Below, in pieces: positions 1 to 10,425 of a DNA stretch of 64,000 nt. Numbering within the stretch: position 1 is the stretch's first letter; the number at the start of each line of letters is the position of its first letter. Both the position numbers and the translations under genes were made by a program. The stretch spans positions 64,001 through 128,000 of IMG/VR virus record IMGVR_UViG_3300044797_000394; one strand, given 5' to 3'. The stretch is from a virus. The notes beneath the pieces are model-generated. The model made no database searches and was not told the DNA's origin. It was given only the letters and a program-made list of their open reading frames with translations.

Positions 1-1
1 T

Positions 2-1141
2 GCTGAGATTGTAAAAACTCGAGAAGAGCTCAAACCAGAGGCTGGCCACGAGGCTTACAAAGCAGTTCGTGAAAGAATCGAGCAACTCCAAGCTCAAAGG
101 GATGGCCGTGACCCATCCTCCAGGCAGTGGAGCGACAAGGGGGCCGCCATCTCGATACACATGCAGCAGCATGGGTTCGACCGTTTGAAGGACACCGCAC
201 GTCTTCTTTGCCTTGCCATCCTACAACAGATGGTCCTTTCGCCCAAATTGCGAAAGTCCATCGAGGTCGCGTCCAAATTTTGGGCCCGAAACATCCGTCT
301 CCCGAGGGGTAAGACAGTTGAGGACATGTACGTTGAACGCACTGAACTTTATCTGGAGCATCTGGAACTCTTCCGTAAGCACGAAAAGTTATTTATGGAA
401 GCCCTGACTTCGGGGAAGAGCCACTCGGATACGGGGGACGTGGTTACTAGATTCAAGGCTGGACCCTTCGTCGTGGTCAATACGGGTGGGTTTGACACGA
501 AGTTGATGGAAGAGAAGGCTCGTCTGTGTGAGGAAGCCGCCCTCAAAATGGAAGGGATTGGTTTGGGGAAAGTCTGTTATGGCGACGTCCTTATTACGAA
601 CCGCCTGTCTGGGGAGAGGATCGCTGCGTTCTACCTCCCCTCTAAGGATGAGATGTTCGTCCGAGCCGATGCCAAAATGACTACGGACACGGTTCGAGTG
701 GTCTGTCACGAGCTCACGCACCGACTTTGCGAAAAGTTTCTGTCTTCCAAAAAAAGCGAGATCGTCAAGATCTACAATACGATCAGCGTCCACTCCAAAG
801 TCAGTGGCCCGAGCTTCAAAGATTATCCTGAGAGGGGAGACACCCTTCTATACAAGGGCGTAGAACTCAAGGTGACGGACCGAGATTTCAGACGAAAATC
901 CGTGAAGCTTCAGGATCCCACGCCTCGTCCAGACGGGCGTATTAGCGTCTACACGATGCCCGTGACTACGTTCTTTGAGTTAAAAGGGACGCCATTGGCA
1001 TCGACTGGTTTTCTGGACTTCATCACCTCGTACGCCAAGCGGGGCGGCCCTGAGGAGAACTTCGCTGAGATGGTGTCTTTCTACGCCATCGGGAAGCTCC
1101 CCAAGGAACAGATGGATCTCCTTTTACCCGTTCTGGGGTGA
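2..1141 (+). CDS. HExxH zincin-like metalloprotease domain protein (5'-partial)
   Basis: Frame is open from base 2. Has VVCHELTHRL and a distal ITSY..GPEENFAE motif. Confidence 0.6.
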   Translation, partial: AEIVKTREELKPEAGHEAYKAVRERIEQLQAQRDGRDPSSRQWSDKGAAISIHMQQHGFDRLKDTARLLCLAILQQMVLSPKLRKSIEVASKFWARNIRLPRGKTVEDMYVERTELYLEHLELFRKHEKLFMEALTSGKSHSDTGDVVTRFKAGPFVVVNTGGFDTKLMEEKARLCEEAALKMEGIGLGKVCYGDVLITNRLSGERIAAFYLPSKDEMFVRADAKMTTDTVRVVCHELTHRLCEKFLSSKKSEIVKIYNTISVHSKVSGPSFKDYPERGDTLLYKGVELKVTDRDFRRKSVKLQDPTPRPDGRISVYTMPVTTFFELKGTPLASTGFLDFITSYAKRGGPEENFAEMVSFYAIGKLPKEQMDLLLPVLG

Positions 1142-1147
1142 CGATCT

Positions 1148-1154
1148 CGGTGTA
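1148..1154 (+). promoter_or_regulatory. CGGTGTA putative phage promoter element (representative copy)
   Basis: 11 nt before ATG 1166. The same motif and spacing recur at more than 15 starts (see findings). Confidence 0.65.
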
Positions 1155-1165
1155 GGTGGCTTCCG

Positions 1166-2884
1166 ATGGCCGCCAAGAAAATCGACGCCTCCCCGTGGCT
1201 CCAAGAGATGGAGCGCCGTAGGCAATCTCTTCTGAAAATCCGGGCATCTACGGATCTCAAGTTGAAGCCCATCTCGATGTTACGTCAGGAGATCGAGGTC
1301 GACGGGAAGATGGTCCCCTTTACCTTTCGGTACTACCAGTATATCGGCGTCTACCATCTACTTGTGATGGATCGGATGGTCCTTGGTGATGGCACGGGTT
1401 TGGGAAAAACGATCCAGCTCATCGGGGCGCTCGCCTATCTCTGGGAAAAAGAACACGATAACAAGGTCATCGTCGTGACCCCAAAGAGCGCCCTCTGGCA
1501 ATGGGCGACGGAGATCGAAAGGTTCATGGTCGGCGTTCGTCCCATTGTTGCGGCTGGCAAGCCTGAAGATCGCAAAAAGGCGTACGAGGACTTCGCCCAG
1601 GCGCCCACCGGGGCGAACGCTGAAAAGGTCGTCTTGCTCATCAATTATGCCATTCTCATTCGCGATTGGGATGCCGGAGGCTTCCAGCCAGTGGATGAGA
1701 AAGGTAGACCGGACCCGAACAAGCCCGTTGTCCCCGGTCTCCTCGATAGTGTAACGTCCAAGCTCGAGCGGCCCGTCGTAATTTTTGACGAGGCGACCGC
1801 CTTCAAAAATTCCAGGACCAAGACCTGGCAGACGTGTTCTTTCCTCTCGAAGAAGGGCAAGAGGGTCTACGGATTGACCGCGACTCTCTTGAAGAACAAC
1901 CTCATCGAGGGATTTGCCATCTACAAGGTCATTCAACCGAGGCTCTTCACCAACGTATCGCAGTTCATGAAGGACTACTGCGTCACCAAGCTCCAGGCGA
2001 TTCCCGGGTCACGCAGAAAGGTTCCGATCATCGTTGGGTACAAGAACCTAGACCAGTTCCGCGCCACCATCGACCCCTTTTTTCTTGGACGTCCGAAGCA
2101 CGCAGTTTCAAATGAGCTCCCCCAGCTTGTGACGAAAGAGATTGTATGTGAGCTCGGTCCGGGTGAGAACATGAAGTACGAGGAGGCTCTATCCGGTATT
2201 CTCACGCTCGGAGACGGGGAGATCAAAGACTACCAGGAAACGAAGGCCATGGCGTCTCTTATCTATTGCCAAGAGATCGTCAATTCTCTGAGCCTTATCA
2301 AGTACGAGGAGAACATCACGAGCGCCAAAGAGTCGACTCTTCTTGACTTGCTGGCAAATGAGCTCGATGGGGAGAAGGTCATCATCTACTCTCGATTCGA
2401 GAAGTTCATCACCAGGCTATCCGCGCTGCTCAAGGATGCCAAGATCAAGAGCGTCCGAATTACTGGCGCCGAGAACGACGCCGCTAGAAAGCGCTCGAGG
2501 GAGACCTTTCAGGATACGAATAGTGGGACGAATGTCATATTCATATCTGACGCTGGTTCCGAAGCGATCAATCTCCAGGCCGCCTCCTCAATGGTATTCA
2601 TGGACGCCCCGTGGTCTTGGGGCAACTACATTCAACTGTTGGGCCGACCCATTCGAATCGGATCTGTGCACCAGAACGTAGTGGTGTACCATCTTGTTGC
2701 CGTACGTCCCGGTCGAACGGTCAAGCAGAAACGTACGATCGACCACCACGTACTCGAACTGCTTCGTAGTAAGAAAGAGTTCGTGGATTCCGTAATCGGG
2801 GAGACAGCCGTCGGGGCCCTCGACTTTCAGAAGGAGAAATCTTCGATTCGAGACCTGGTTTCTCGCATGAAGCAAGACAAGTAA
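1166..2884 (+). CDS. SNF2/SWI2-family helicase
   Basis: LGDGTGLGKT (motif I), VIFDEA (II), LTAT (III), AGSEAINLQ (V), QLLGRPIRIG (VI). Confidence 0.9.
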   Translation: MAAKKIDASPWLQEMERRRQSLLKIRASTDLKLKPISMLRQEIEVDGKMVPFTFRYYQYIGVYHLLVMDRMVLGDGTGLGKTIQLIGALAYLWEKEHDNKVIVVTPKSALWQWATEIERFMVGVRPIVAAGKPEDRKKAYEDFAQAPTGANAEKVVLLINYAILIRDWDAGGFQPVDEKGRPDPNKPVVPGLLDSVTSKLERPVVIFDEATAFKNSRTKTWQTCSFLSKKGKRVYGLTATLLKNNLIEGFAIYKVIQPRLFTNVSQFMKDYCVTKLQAIPGSRRKVPIIVGYKNLDQFRATIDPFFLGRPKHAVSNELPQLVTKEIVCELGPGENMKYEEALSGILTLGDGEIKDYQETKAMASLIYCQEIVNSLSLIKYEENITSAKESTLLDLLANELDGEKVIIYSRFEKFITRLSALLKDAKIKSVRITGAENDAARKRSRETFQDTNSGTNVIFISDAGSEAINLQAASSMVFMDAPWSWGNYIQLLGRPIRIGSVHQNVVVYHLVAVRPGRTVKQKRTIDHHVLELLRSKKEFVDSVIGETAVGALDFQKEKSSIRDLVSRMKQDK

Positions 2885-2893
2885 GGAGTCCTA

Positions 2894-3799
2894 ATGCCCA
2901 CATTCTTTGAGGACGAGCCCCTTTGCGAGATATGCGGCGGAAAAGGGGTCATCGATATCGATGACCTGCATGTGCAGCTTTGCGTTTGCGGTAAGCGCCG
3001 TATGTTCAGGACTCACCTGGGTCCTGAGATTCTAGCGGCCGAGAATGTGAAGAGCAGCCCATTTTATGTCCTTGGTGCGGTCCGTCGGAGGCCCTCCGTT
3101 GATCTGACCAAGCAGAACATGTTCGTCAAGTCGTCCTGGCGCACTCTTCTGCCACATTTGAAGTGGACCCTATTCTACAAGGGGCTGAACTTCAGGTTCC
3201 GTATCGTCACGGATGAGCGGATTCTCAATGTTCGACTCGGAAAGGAGTCCGCCATACTCAAGTCAAGATCGGAAAGAGAGGACGGGAAGCATCAGTTCTA
3301 CGACTCTCTCTATGACCTGCTTGAGGATCCAGACCTCGTCATTGTTCGTCTTGGGAAGCTCGGCCACAAAAATATCGCGGCGGCCGGCTACTTGAAAGAA
3401 GCTCTCATGATTCGTGAGGTCAACAACAAACCGACCTGGCTCGTTGAGGAACCTGACAACCCGTACACTGCCGTCATGATTGACGGCACGCTTCAGGGAA
3501 ATTACTCCTACAGTGAGGAAACCGCTGGGTACATTCACGATCATTTTGAGGAGTTCGACCTTACTACGGGCGACGATAAAGAGTATGTTTCGTCGCCCGT
3601 GACCGTTATGCAGTCAGGGGAGTCCGATCCGATTACGGGTTCTATTGAAGAGGAGCCCGACATGATGGTCACATCTGATGAGGACGAGGTGGTTTCATCA
3701 GACCTCTCAGTGGAAGAGTCCCTCATGGTGTTGGAGCACAAGCCAAAGAAGACGAAGTACGGCAGGCGAAACAGCCCCAATAAAAAATGGAGGCACTAA
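2894..3799 (+). CDS. DnaC/IstB-like helicase-loader homolog with degenerate ATPase motifs
   Basis: N-terminal CxxCxGxG...CxC. DPDLVIVRLG sits where DLLILDDLG is expected, and there is no Walker A. Lies directly upstream of DnaB. Confidence 0.45.
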   Translation: MPTFFEDEPLCEICGGKGVIDIDDLHVQLCVCGKRRMFRTHLGPEILAAENVKSSPFYVLGAVRRRPSVDLTKQNMFVKSSWRTLLPHLKWTLFYKGLNFRFRIVTDERILNVRLGKESAILKSRSEREDGKHQFYDSLYDLLEDPDLVIVRLGKLGHKNIAAAGYLKEALMIREVNNKPTWLVEEPDNPYTAVMIDGTLQGNYSYSEETAGYIHDHFEEFDLTTGDDKEYVSSPVTVMQSGESDPITGSIEEEPDMMVTSDEDEVVSSDLSVEESLMVLEHKPKKTKYGRRNSPNKKWRH

Positions 3800-5272
3800 A
3801 TGAAGCGCTTACTTCGATCAGTTCTGGATATGGGTTCAGAGGGCGTCACCCAAGAGATGCTCATCCACAACTACACGAGACTTCGGGACTCCAAAATTGA
3901 GTGGACTCAGCCCGAGGACGAGGCGATCTTCAAGTACATTTCGACGTACTTCATTACGCACTTTGAGCTTCCGACCTTAGTGACGGTTCGGGACTATTTT
4001 GGACCCTCCGGTACAAATGACACGGAAGCCTTCGAGCGATTGAAGGACATCGAGTCGGCTAAGCACTACGTTCGTACTGGATTCGCCAGCCTCCTTACTC
4101 ACCTACTCGAGAATCAGAACAGGTTCAAAGCGGAGGCCCTGGTCAAGATCTGTGGGGAGATCATCACCAAGGGCTTGATGATTGAGGAGGGGCGAGAGAA
4201 AGTCAAGAAGCAAGGTGTTCGGGATGGCCTGCTCTACTTCCAAGAGAAGGCTTTGCAGTTGATCCTTCCCGAGCGGAGCGACCGACACGACGGGGACATT
4301 CGAAGAGACGGTCAAGAGGTTTGGAACGAGTACATTACCGCCAAATTGAATAAAGACAAGTCGTGGGGTAAGGCGACCGGCCTCGAAAAGATTGACGTCG
4401 TCTGCCACGGATTGAAGAAGGGGGAACTCCACCTGCATGCGGCGTACGCGGGGGAATTGAAGTCCACTTTTGCCATGAACTGGTGCTACAACCTCGTCAC
4501 AAGGTACCGTACGAACGTTTTCTATGCCTCCTTCGAAATGAAGTACTCCCATATTCGAAGACTTCTCTACACGATCCATTCGGCTCACGCTCGATGGCCC
4601 CTTCTCGGGTTCCCAAAACCTCTCGACTACCGCAAGGTGAGAGACGGGGAGCTTTCTCCAGAGGAGGAGGCTTTTTACCAGCTAGTCATTGAGGATTTCA
4701 CGACGAATCCTGAGTACTGCGAGTTCCATGTCTGGGAGCCAGACGACGACGTTTCGATGGACGACGCACGATTCAAGGCTGAGCTCCTCAACAAGCAGAC
4801 AGAAATCGGCTTCGTTGTTTTGGACCACGGCGGTTTGATGGAACCCCGCAAGAAGAAAAAGAACAACAACTACACGATCGAGCTGAACTCCGTCATTCGA
4901 GATGCCAAACGATTCGCTCTCCACTTCGATCACGGTAACGGAATCCCCGTTCTCATGCTGTTTCAGATCAACCGTCAAGGTAAGATCGAAGCAGAGAAGA
5001 ACGAAGGTATCTACCGCATGAACGCTCTTGCATACGCCAACGAGGCGGAGCGGTCGGCGGACGTTGTCACGGCAACCTACCTTGATGACGCTCTTCGTCG
5101 AGAGGGGCAAACGAAGTTCTGCAATCCCAAAAACCGGGACAATCCTCAGTTCGAACCGTTCAACGCGCAAGTCGAATTTCTGTGCCGTCGTATGAGAAAT
5201 CTCGACACGGATTCCGACTGCGGGATGAACGTACAAGAGGGAGATGAAATTGCCACAATCCTTGGCCCGTGA
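3800..5272 (+). CDS. dnaB: DnaB-like replicative helicase
   Basis: GLKKGEL..AAYAGELKST (variant Walker A), SFEM, VVLDH, FQINR, EAERSADVV. Confidence 0.85.
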   Translation: MKRLLRSVLDMGSEGVTQEMLIHNYTRLRDSKIEWTQPEDEAIFKYISTYFITHFELPTLVTVRDYFGPSGTNDTEAFERLKDIESAKHYVRTGFASLLTHLLENQNRFKAEALVKICGEIITKGLMIEEGREKVKKQGVRDGLLYFQEKALQLILPERSDRHDGDIRRDGQEVWNEYITAKLNKDKSWGKATGLEKIDVVCHGLKKGELHLHAAYAGELKSTFAMNWCYNLVTRYRTNVFYASFEMKYSHIRRLLYTIHSAHARWPLLGFPKPLDYRKVRDGELSPEEEAFYQLVIEDFTTNPEYCEFHVWEPDDDVSMDDARFKAELLNKQTEIGFVVLDHGGLMEPRKKKKNNNYTIELNSVIRDAKRFALHFDHGNGIPVLMLFQINRQGKIEAEKNEGIYRMNALAYANEAERSADVVTATYLDDALRREGQTKFCNPKNRDNPQFEPFNAQVEFLCRRMRNLDTDSDCGMNVQEGDEIATILGP

Positions 5273-5924
5273 GGCGGTACGATTTGAGAGGGAGGTACAG
5301 TCTCGGGAAGCTTGGCGAGTCTGGATCCAAGAGAGGATCGCCGAGATCCATCGCCGAGTCTCGGTCTACGACGTCCTTTCCAAGAACGGGGTAGCTCTTC
5401 GTTATACCGAGGGTGAAGAGCAAATCTCCTGCCCTTTTCACGGTCAAGATCGCCGCCCGTCCGCTCGAGTATACCCACAGGATCCGCAGAGTCCTAGTCA
5501 CGTATGGTGTTTTGCCTGCAATGAGCGGTGGGATTGCATTGGACTCTGGAAGAAATTCGAGGGACAGGAAGACGCCAAGTTCGGGGCTATTCTACGTGGT
5601 ATTGAGGAGCATTTTGGTATCACACCTCCGCCTCGTCCTGCGGACCATTCGAGTCCGAGCGCTGGGGAGGAGACGGTCAATGTTGAACTCGAACAATTTG
5701 AATCCGACTTCAGGTTGTGTGAGAGCCGACTACGAAAGTACCGTGCTGCTTTCGACATGACCGGGTTTTTGAAGTTATGTGTTGTGCTCGATCGACTGCA
5801 CTTTCAAGTCATGAAGAAACTCGTTTCCTACAGCAAAGCCGAGTCGATCCTCCAGCGTATACGTAACAAGATCACGGAGAAAGAAGCAGCTCGCGAGGGG
5901 GACATACCGTGTCCAGACGGTTGA
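5244..5924 (+). CDS. CHC2 zinc-finger (primase ZBD) protein without TOPRIM
   Basis: ISCPFHGQDRRPS...VWCFAC. The C-terminus looks helical with no TOPRIM motifs. Confidence 0.75.
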   Translation: MKLPQSLAREAVRFEREVQSREAWRVWIQERIAEIHRRVSVYDVLSKNGVALRYTEGEEQISCPFHGQDRRPSARVYPQDPQSPSHVWCFACNERWDCIGLWKKFEGQEDAKFGAILRGIEEHFGITPPPRPADHSSPSAGEETVNVELEQFESDFRLCESRLRKYRAAFDMTGFLKLCVVLDRLHFQVMKKLVSYSKAESILQRIRNKITEKEAAREGDIPCPDG

Positions 5925-6349
5925 GGGTCAATACATCGGAGATGGGACCGCTCGAGCTTTTCCTTATCTACGAGCTCGACGGCGTCTGGGAAGAGGAGTG
6001 GCGCCCTTTGCAGGGGTCATCGGTGTGTTCCCTTCTGACGGTCGTGTCCCAAGAGGTCATGGATCATTGCCTCTACGGGTGGTCCAGCCCTCTGTTCAAG
6101 ACACTCGGGTTACCGCCGTGGGGGGCCCTCAAAAAACTGCCAGAAGAGGCCACACGCTGTTACCAACGGAAAAACTGCGTTTTCTTTGACAAAAAGACGT
6201 GTTTTCCTGTCGCGAAGAGGCTCCCCTGGTGTTACGAGCCCGAGATCTCGGAGGATGAGAAAGTTCGCCAGCTTGGCAACGATATTATCAAGCTTTGGCG
6301 GGAGGGGGTGTATGTAATTATCGTTCAAGAGGTGACCGATGCCGGATGA
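5909..6349 (+). CDS. hypothetical Cys-rich protein
   Basis: ORF overlaps both neighbours. C-x4-C-x7-C-x9-C cluster. Confidence 0.6.
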   Translation: MSRRLRVNTSEMGPLELFLIYELDGVWEEEWRPLQGSSVCSLLTVVSQEVMDHCLYGWSSPLFKTLGLPPWGALKKLPEEATRCYQRKNCVFFDKKTCFPVAKRLPWCYEPEISEDEKVRQLGNDIIKLWREGVYVIIVQEVTDAG

Positions 6350-9191
6350 GATTGAAATTGACGACCTGATCTCGTTGGACGACGAGGAAATTCCCCAAGT
6401 CCAGACTGAGACTGTCGCCGCTGCTTCGCCGGCTCCAACCCCCGCGCCGAAGAACGACGTTTCGGTCGTTGAGGTTGACCCTGACGACTATCGTGCCGCG
6501 TTAGAACTAAAGGCTAGCTCTAGCAGTCCGACGAACATTCATCGCCCTTGGATGGATAACCACAAGTTCAACCTCGTTAAAACGATCGAGGAACTTGAAA
6601 GCATTGTCGATAGTGCGATTGCGGCTGGGGAGTGTGCCCTCGACTTGGAAACCGAGGGGCTCGATAACCGCATCTATTACGATGCGAATGACAAACCTTA
6701 CACGAAACATAAGATCGTTGGTTTCTGTCTCACGTACGATGGGTTGACGGGCTACTACGCTCCGATAAGGCACGTCACGGACGGTCGCCCGTGTGAGATC
6801 AATCTACCCGTTGAGAAGGCGGAGGCGGCGATCACACGGCTCTGCAAAGCCTCTCAGCCAGTCCCGAAGACGCCTGACGTGCTTCTGAAGGATCCTCTAT
6901 CCTTCAAGGAAGTGGCAGCGCCTCCGAAGCCTGTCATTTACTTCTGGAATGCGAAGTTCGACCAGGAATTCCTCTTTCCGGTCACGGGCATCGATTGGTG
7001 GCACCCCGACAGCTTCGAGGACGGCAACCTCGCTTTCTACACATACTATTCGGACGACAAGAGGCTCAGTCTCAAGTGGAAGGCTTTCGAACTCCTGCGG
7101 GACGACAAGGGCAACCCCTACGAGATGATTGAGATTCAGGATCTCTTTCCCGTCAAGGGTTCCAAAATCAAGTTCCAAAACGTCTATCCCGATGAGCCCG
7201 GTTGCGTCAAGTACGCCTGTTCGGACGCCATCTGTACGTATCTTCTCTGCCGAAAACCCAGGAAGTCGGACAAGCACGAAGACGTCATGGGGCTTTGCAG
7301 CACGAAGTACAATCGAACGTATCGAGTCGAGAAGCAGTGTTCGAACGCTGTTCGTTGGATGGAGCGACCTAGGGTTCGGGTCAACAAGGACAAGATCCTA
7401 AAGCTTCTGGAGGCGAATACTGCCGAGAAGGACAAGATTCTTGCCAAGATCAAGGAGGTCGCTGCCTCCAAGGGTCTCGTGAGTTTTGATCCATCCAGCT
7501 CTAAGGCTCTTGGCGAATTCCTATTTAGTAAGAGCGGTTTGGATATCACGGTACCGCCCAGTGCGGACTGGCCTGAGGGCAAACCTCCCCGCAACGAAAA
7601 GAGCAATCAGTACAAGACGGATGCGGACACGTTGGAGCGCCTCGTAGCTGAGCACGCCAATCTTCCTGAAATCCTTCTCTGGATCGTTGAGTGGCGCGGA
7701 TACGAGAAGATGGACTCAACCTACCTTCGCAACATGTCGAGGAACATCGACGACAATTCGGAGATGCGGTTTCAGTTCAAGCAGACGGGCGCCGCAACGG
7801 GTCGTTTTAGCGCTCCCGCGGGCGATCCTTCGCAAGGCTTTTCCGGTATACCCATTCACGGCATTCCAGCGACTTCCGCCCTGCGAACCTGCTTTGAGGC
7901 TCGGGAGGGGTACACAATGGTCAAAGCGGACTATGCGGGAGAAGAGCTCCGCATCGCCGCTAACGTGTCCGGAGAGCAGGTTTGGATCAAAGAGTTTTTG
8001 GAGGGAGACGGAGACCTACACACCATTACAGCTAGGGCATTCTTTCCCGACTACGACGAAGCCAATAAAGACCGCAAAAAAGAACTTCGTAAGATGGGCA
8101 AAATTGCCAACTTCGCCCTACTTTACGGGGGCGGTCCTGCATCGATCATGCGTGCAACGGGTTGCGACAAGCTTGAGGCGACACGGAGAAAAGGGGCGTT
8201 CGATAAAGCGGTTCCGACATTCGCCTCTTGGATCAAAGGTCAGCACCAGAAGGTCAAGCGGGACAAGGGCGTCTGGACAGCATTGGGTCGATGGATCGCC
8301 ATTCCTGACATCGACTCGATGGATAAAAAAGTCGTTGCTGGGTGCGAACGAAAGTCGACGAACTTCCCTATTCAGGGAACGGGCGCCGACATCATGAAGA
8401 TCAGCCTCGTTCTCCTCTGTAGGGAATTTTTCAGGTTAGGGTGGTTGAGGCAGAACGGGGATGACTCGGTTCGCCTGCTACTCTCCGTACATGACGAAAT
8501 AGTCTTCGAGATCAAACACTCTAGAGTACAGCAGGCACTCGATGTTATCACTCGTGTGATGGCCTCCCCTAAGATGATGGCAGTTCCGCCGCACTCTCCC
8601 AAGTGGAAGGTGCCCCTCATCGTCGAACCGTTAATCGGAGATAGTTGGGGCGGTGAATATGACTACGGAATGCTCACTCACGGACGCCCTTACAAGGAAG
8701 GGGACAAGATCAAGGGGCTCGAAGTCCTCGTTGGGGAACGGGTATATCATAAGGTTCCCCCTTGGCTCGAGGGACTCTTTCGACCCGGGTACGAGGCGGT
8801 GGAAACAACAGAAAAACAACCTGAAGTTGTTGCGGAAATCATTGCTGCCAGCGTTCCTTCCGCCTCACCAATGTCCGAGACCCCAGCACCTGTCTCAGTC
8901 ACTCCTTCTAGGGCTTCAACACCGCCGCCAGCCTCAACACCGCCGCCAGCCTCAACATCAGGAGACGTATTTCACCAACAGATCGTGTACGCCACACAGA
9001 AAACCTTGGACGATCTACTTGGCATCTGTGGAAAGCTCTACGATGCGGAGGCTCCAGGAAATAAGGTCCTCAGTCTGACTTTGGCTGGTACGGGAGAGGT
9101 TCTTATTCCAGCTAGCTTGAACATTCGGGTCAATCCAGAGCGCTTCGCCCAACACCTTTACGAGCAGAACTTAAGCCCAAAGTGTTTATGA
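6339..9191 (+). CDS. polA: family A DNA polymerase with 3'-5' exonuclease
   Basis: ExoI ALDLETEG, ExoII WNAKFD, ExoIII YACSDA. Motif A ADYAGEELR, motif B RKMGKIANFALLYG, motif C VHDEIVFE. Confidence 0.95.
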   Translation: MPDEIEIDDLISLDDEEIPQVQTETVAAASPAPTPAPKNDVSVVEVDPDDYRAALELKASSSSPTNIHRPWMDNHKFNLVKTIEELESIVDSAIAAGECALDLETEGLDNRIYYDANDKPYTKHKIVGFCLTYDGLTGYYAPIRHVTDGRPCEINLPVEKAEAAITRLCKASQPVPKTPDVLLKDPLSFKEVAAPPKPVIYFWNAKFDQEFLFPVTGIDWWHPDSFEDGNLAFYTYYSDDKRLSLKWKAFELLRDDKGNPYEMIEIQDLFPVKGSKIKFQNVYPDEPGCVKYACSDAICTYLLCRKPRKSDKHEDVMGLCSTKYNRTYRVEKQCSNAVRWMERPRVRVNKDKILKLLEANTAEKDKILAKIKEVAASKGLVSFDPSSSKALGEFLFSKSGLDITVPPSADWPEGKPPRNEKSNQYKTDADTLERLVAEHANLPEILLWIVEWRGYEKMDSTYLRNMSRNIDDNSEMRFQFKQTGAATGRFSAPAGDPSQGFSGIPIHGIPATSALRTCFEAREGYTMVKADYAGEELRIAANVSGEQVWIKEFLEGDGDLHTITARAFFPDYDEANKDRKKELRKMGKIANFALLYGGGPASIMRATGCDKLEATRRKGAFDKAVPTFASWIKGQHQKVKRDKGVWTALGRWIAIPDIDSMDKKVVAGCERKSTNFPIQGTGADIMKISLVLLCREFFRLGWLRQNGDDSVRLLLSVHDEIVFEIKHSRVQQALDVITRVMASPKMMAVPPHSPKWKVPLIVEPLIGDSWGGEYDYGMLTHGRPYKEGDKIKGLEVLVGERVYHKVPPWLEGLFRPGYEAVETTEKQPEVVAEIIAASVPSASPMSETPAPVSVTPSRASTPPPASTPPPASTSGDVFHQQIVYATQKTLDDLLGICGKLYDAEAPGNKVLSLTLAGTGEVLIPASLNIRVNPERFAQHLYEQNLSPKCL
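8915..8957 (+). repeat. 18-nt tandem repeat (ASTPPP x2) in the polymerase linker
   Basis: tcaacaccgccgccagcc occurs twice, followed by a partial copy. Confidence 0.7.
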
Positions 9192-9211
9192 AATTGCTAT
9201 GTTAGGGAACG

Positions 9212-9787
9212 ATGCCCTCGAATAGAAGTGACCTTCTCAAGGTGTGTAATGATCAGAACGTTCCTCTTGACCAGTTCAAGATGACCTTCTGCGATCGATG
9301 CATGCAGACGGAGTGCACGAGGAGTCGAGTTGGTCAAAGCAAGTTCGAAAAGCGTGTTGGTTCCTGGTACGAGAACCTTTTCGCCAATCCACCGAGGCTG
9401 GACCCTAGCGATTCACGCTACGAGACTATTTCGGGGAAGAAGTTCCTCATGATCGATCCTGGTCCGGCGCCCGAGGTTTGGACCTCCTCGTGGGTGGATC
9501 CTCGAGATCTGAACGACAAGGAAGCGGTCAAGCCCGCTTCTATTCAGACTGAAACGAAAGGCGTAGCTGAACCGTTCCCAGTCCCAGCTCATCCACTAAA
9601 GCTCGAACGTTCTCAGCTCATCCGTTTGCCAACGTTGAATACTCCGGATCAGGGACCCCGTATGGTGGGAAATGTTCTCCCCCAGGAAAAGAAGGACGCT
9701 TGGGAGGTAGCTGAACCGGAGAAGACCAACGAAAAGGTCGTGAGTCCTGGATCAAAAGTACGATTCCGCTCGACTCCCGGTGTATAG
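9212..9787 (+). CDS. hypothetical protein
   Basis: 191-aa ORF with an N-terminal Cys cluster (C...CxxCxxxxC). Confidence 0.65.
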   Translation: MPSNRSDLLKVCNDQNVPLDQFKMTFCDRCMQTECTRSRVGQSKFEKRVGSWYENLFANPPRLDPSDSRYETISGKKFLMIDPGPAPEVWTSSWVDPRDLNDKEAVKPASIQTETKGVAEPFPVPAHPLKLERSQLIRLPTLNTPDQGPRMVGNVLPQEKKDAWEVAEPEKTNEKVVSPGSKVRFRSTPGV

Positions 9788-9826
9788 AAAACCTAGAGCG
9801 GCTACGGAACCGATTAGGAGACCCCA

Positions 9827-10009
9827 ATGATTGTCAAAGCTACCATCAAGAAGAAGCCTGCCGGACGAGTCGTCACCGAAGTTGTCGATCGCCAGGAACA
9901 TCTTTGTTCGACGGTGTATACCATCACGAACAGTCTCGGTCGCCAGTTGAGCGACGAGGACACCGGACCGGAGTGCGATCCCCAAACGGAAACCACCTCG
10001 GCTGGCTGA
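9827..10009 (+). CDS. DUF2997-like small protein
   Basis: 60 aa with SD AGGAG. Pattern IK..GRV.TEV......C...T..LG matches DUF2997, and it sits next to DUF1257-like and AAA genes. Confidence 0.55.
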   Translation: MIVKATIKKKPAGRVVTEVVDRQEHLCSTVYTITNSLGRQLSDEDTGPECDPQTETTSAG

Positions 10010-10048
10010 AATACCGAAACCACGTTAGAATCATCGAAAGAGGGAACC

Positions 10049-10372
10049 ATGTCCAAGCGAGTAACCACCGAATCCACCATCACCGATCGTTCGATTGCCG
10101 TACAGGCTTTCGCCTCCTGCGGAGCGCATGTCCGTGAACACTCGAAGACCAAGTACGAGATCACCGTCGGCCGCTCGACCGGTATCCTCGATTTGACCAC
10201 GGGCCAGATCGAAGGCGACGACATGAGCTTCCACGACAGCGACTTCGATACGCTCAAGCAGCACTACGCCGAGAAGTCGTATCTCTGGACGCTTCAGCAA
10301 AAGGGCGCCTCGATCCACAGCCGGAACGTCACGTCCGAGGGCGACATCGAGATCATCTACCAGGTCGGCTAA
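10049..10372 (+). CDS. DUF1257 (Ycf35-like) protein
   Basis: MSKRVTTESTITDRSIAVQAF start, LKQHYA...QQKG, C-terminal GDIEII. Confidence 0.55.
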   Translation: MSKRVTTESTITDRSIAVQAFASCGAHVREHSKTKYEITVGRSTGILDLTTGQIEGDDMSFHDSDFDTLKQHYAEKSYLWTLQQKGASIHSRNVTSEGDIEIIYQVG

Positions 10373-10394
10373 CACCACCTCAATCACCCCTCAA

Positions 10395-10418
10395 TTGGGA
10401 CTGGGGTCCCAGTCCCAA
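10395..10418. repeat. perfect inverted repeat with 11-bp arms
   Basis: TTGGGACTGGG-GT-CCCAGTCCCAA. Confidence 0.8.
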
Positions 10419-10425
10419 GCCGTGA

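Noticed and set aside
9785-9829. ORF 9212..9787 is in frame with 9827 through three TAG codons
   Set aside because: 9827 has its own SD (AGGAG) and an upstream CGGTGTA element. Triple readthrough is implausible and chance is sufficient.
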